DNA of 50,382 nucleotides from Octopus bimaculoides. Lineage: Eukaryota. Positions within the stretch are counted from its first letter, which is position 1. Every line of letters begins with the position of its first letter. The translations under genes and the position numbers were made by a program. The stretch covers positions 135,002,413 to 135,052,794 of the forward strand of contig NC_068981.1 of the NCBI RefSeq assembly GCF_001194135.2, read 5' to 3'. The notes beneath the pieces were generated by a model. That model searched no databases. It was not told the origin of the DNA and was given only the letters and a program-made list of their open reading frames with translations. Of this stretch, positions 49,262 to 50,382 are shown one piece after another.

Positions 49262-49620
49262 CTTTTACTTGTTTCAGTCATTAGATGGTGACCATGCTGG
49301 GGCACTGCCTTGAATTTTTAGTCAGATTAATTAATCGGCCCTAGTACTTATTTAAAGCCTGATACTTACTTTATTGGTCTCTTTTGCCAAACTGCTAAAT
49401 TACAGGGATGTAAACATACCAACACTGCTTGACAACCAGTGGTGGGGGACAGGTTCAAACACATATACGATGGGCTTCTTTCAGTTTCCATCTACCAAAT
49501 CCAATCTCAAAGCTTTGGTCAATCCAAGGCTGTAGTAGAAGACACTTGCCCAAGTTGTTATGCTGTGGAACTGAACCCTGAACTGTATGGTTGGGAAGCA
49601 AGCTTCTAACCAGATAGCCA
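49262..49620 (-). mobile_element. Composite SINE (A head, tail B)
   Basis: Complete head, core and tail homology. Confidence 0.82.
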
Positions 49621-49802
49621 CACCTTTCACTTCCTTCTTGTAAACTAGCAAGCCAGGTGATCACATGGATCTTTTCTCATTGGTAATTCTGTTCTAGACA
49701 ATTCTATTATCCATAGTTGTGAAACCTCATATATTATTGATTGTTATAAACTTTAGTTGAGGATTCAATTCATTACATTTTGAAATCACACTGTCTTTAT
49801 CT

Positions 49803-50024
49803 TTTCTTTCAGTCATTGGGTTGTGGCCTTGCTGGGGCACCACCTGGAAAGATTTCTGACAAACAAATCAACTCAAGTACTTATTTTTGTCAGTCTGATG
49901 TATATTTTGTCAGTCTCTTTTGTCAAACTACTTAGTTATGGGGATGTAAACAAACCAATACAAATTGTCAAGTGGTGGGGCAGACAAACACACANNNNNN
50001 NNNNTTGTCAAGTGGTGGGGCAGA

Positions 50025-50061
<37 letters not shown>

Positions 50062-50213
50062 GGCTTCTATGCAGTTTCCATCTACAAAATTCACTCTGAA
50101 GGCATTAGTCTGTCTGGGACTATAGTAGAAGACATTTTCCCCCAGTGTCATGCAGTGGGACTGAATCTGAATCCATGTATTGCAAAGCTAGCTTCTTAAC
50201 CACATTGCCATGC
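49803..50213 (-). mobile_element. Composite SINE (A head, tail B) spanning a small gap
   Basis: Homology to the other copies; the gap duplicates about 30 bp. Confidence 0.8.
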
Positions 50214-50345
50214 CTGCATTAAATATCACTAACATGCTTTTTTATGTCTAATCAAAACAATGCTTCAGTGAGGTTGTTGGTGTTTTATATATGTGTGTGT
50301 GTGTGTGTGTGTGTATATTAAAAGGTATATATATATATATAAAGG

Positions 50346-50382
<37 letters not shown>

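Noticed and set aside
49964-50034. 30-bp direct repeat on both sides of a 10-N gap
   Set aside because: Most likely unmerged overlapping contig ends.

Overview
This is AT-rich eukaryotic genomic DNA dense in microsatellites and transposons, with several assembly gaps. From my recognition of the repeat families (tRNA-derived SINEs, RTE LINE 3' ends with (GAT)n tails, TTAA-flanked MITEs) it looks like an octopus (coleoid cephalopod) genome; this was not checked against a database. There are no prokaryotic features, no CRISPR array and no true rRNA or tRNA gene. The only clearly identifiable protein-coding sequences are dead transposon genes: a full-length D,D34D mariner (4172-5444), an RTE LINE ORF2 fragment (about 37351-39001, minus) and the C-terminal end of a Penelope-like GIY-YIG endonuclease (about 40850-41075, minus). 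A few plus-strand host exon candidates are low confidence. A central CpG-retaining domain (about 16.3-30.4 kb) surrounds a promoter/5'UTR-like stretch at about 18.8-19.3 kb, between CpG-eroded flanks. The best leads are minimal hammerhead-ribozyme-like motifs in Penelope-type inserts (26021-26057, 40696-40737), an unclassified foldback element with about 120-bp near-perfect arms (21592-21931), and modular SINEs that share one head with two different tails. I cannot establish a wholly new biological system from this window. Most large ORFs in the supplied track are artefacts of N-gaps or microsatellites. Boundaries of degenerate repeats are approximate.
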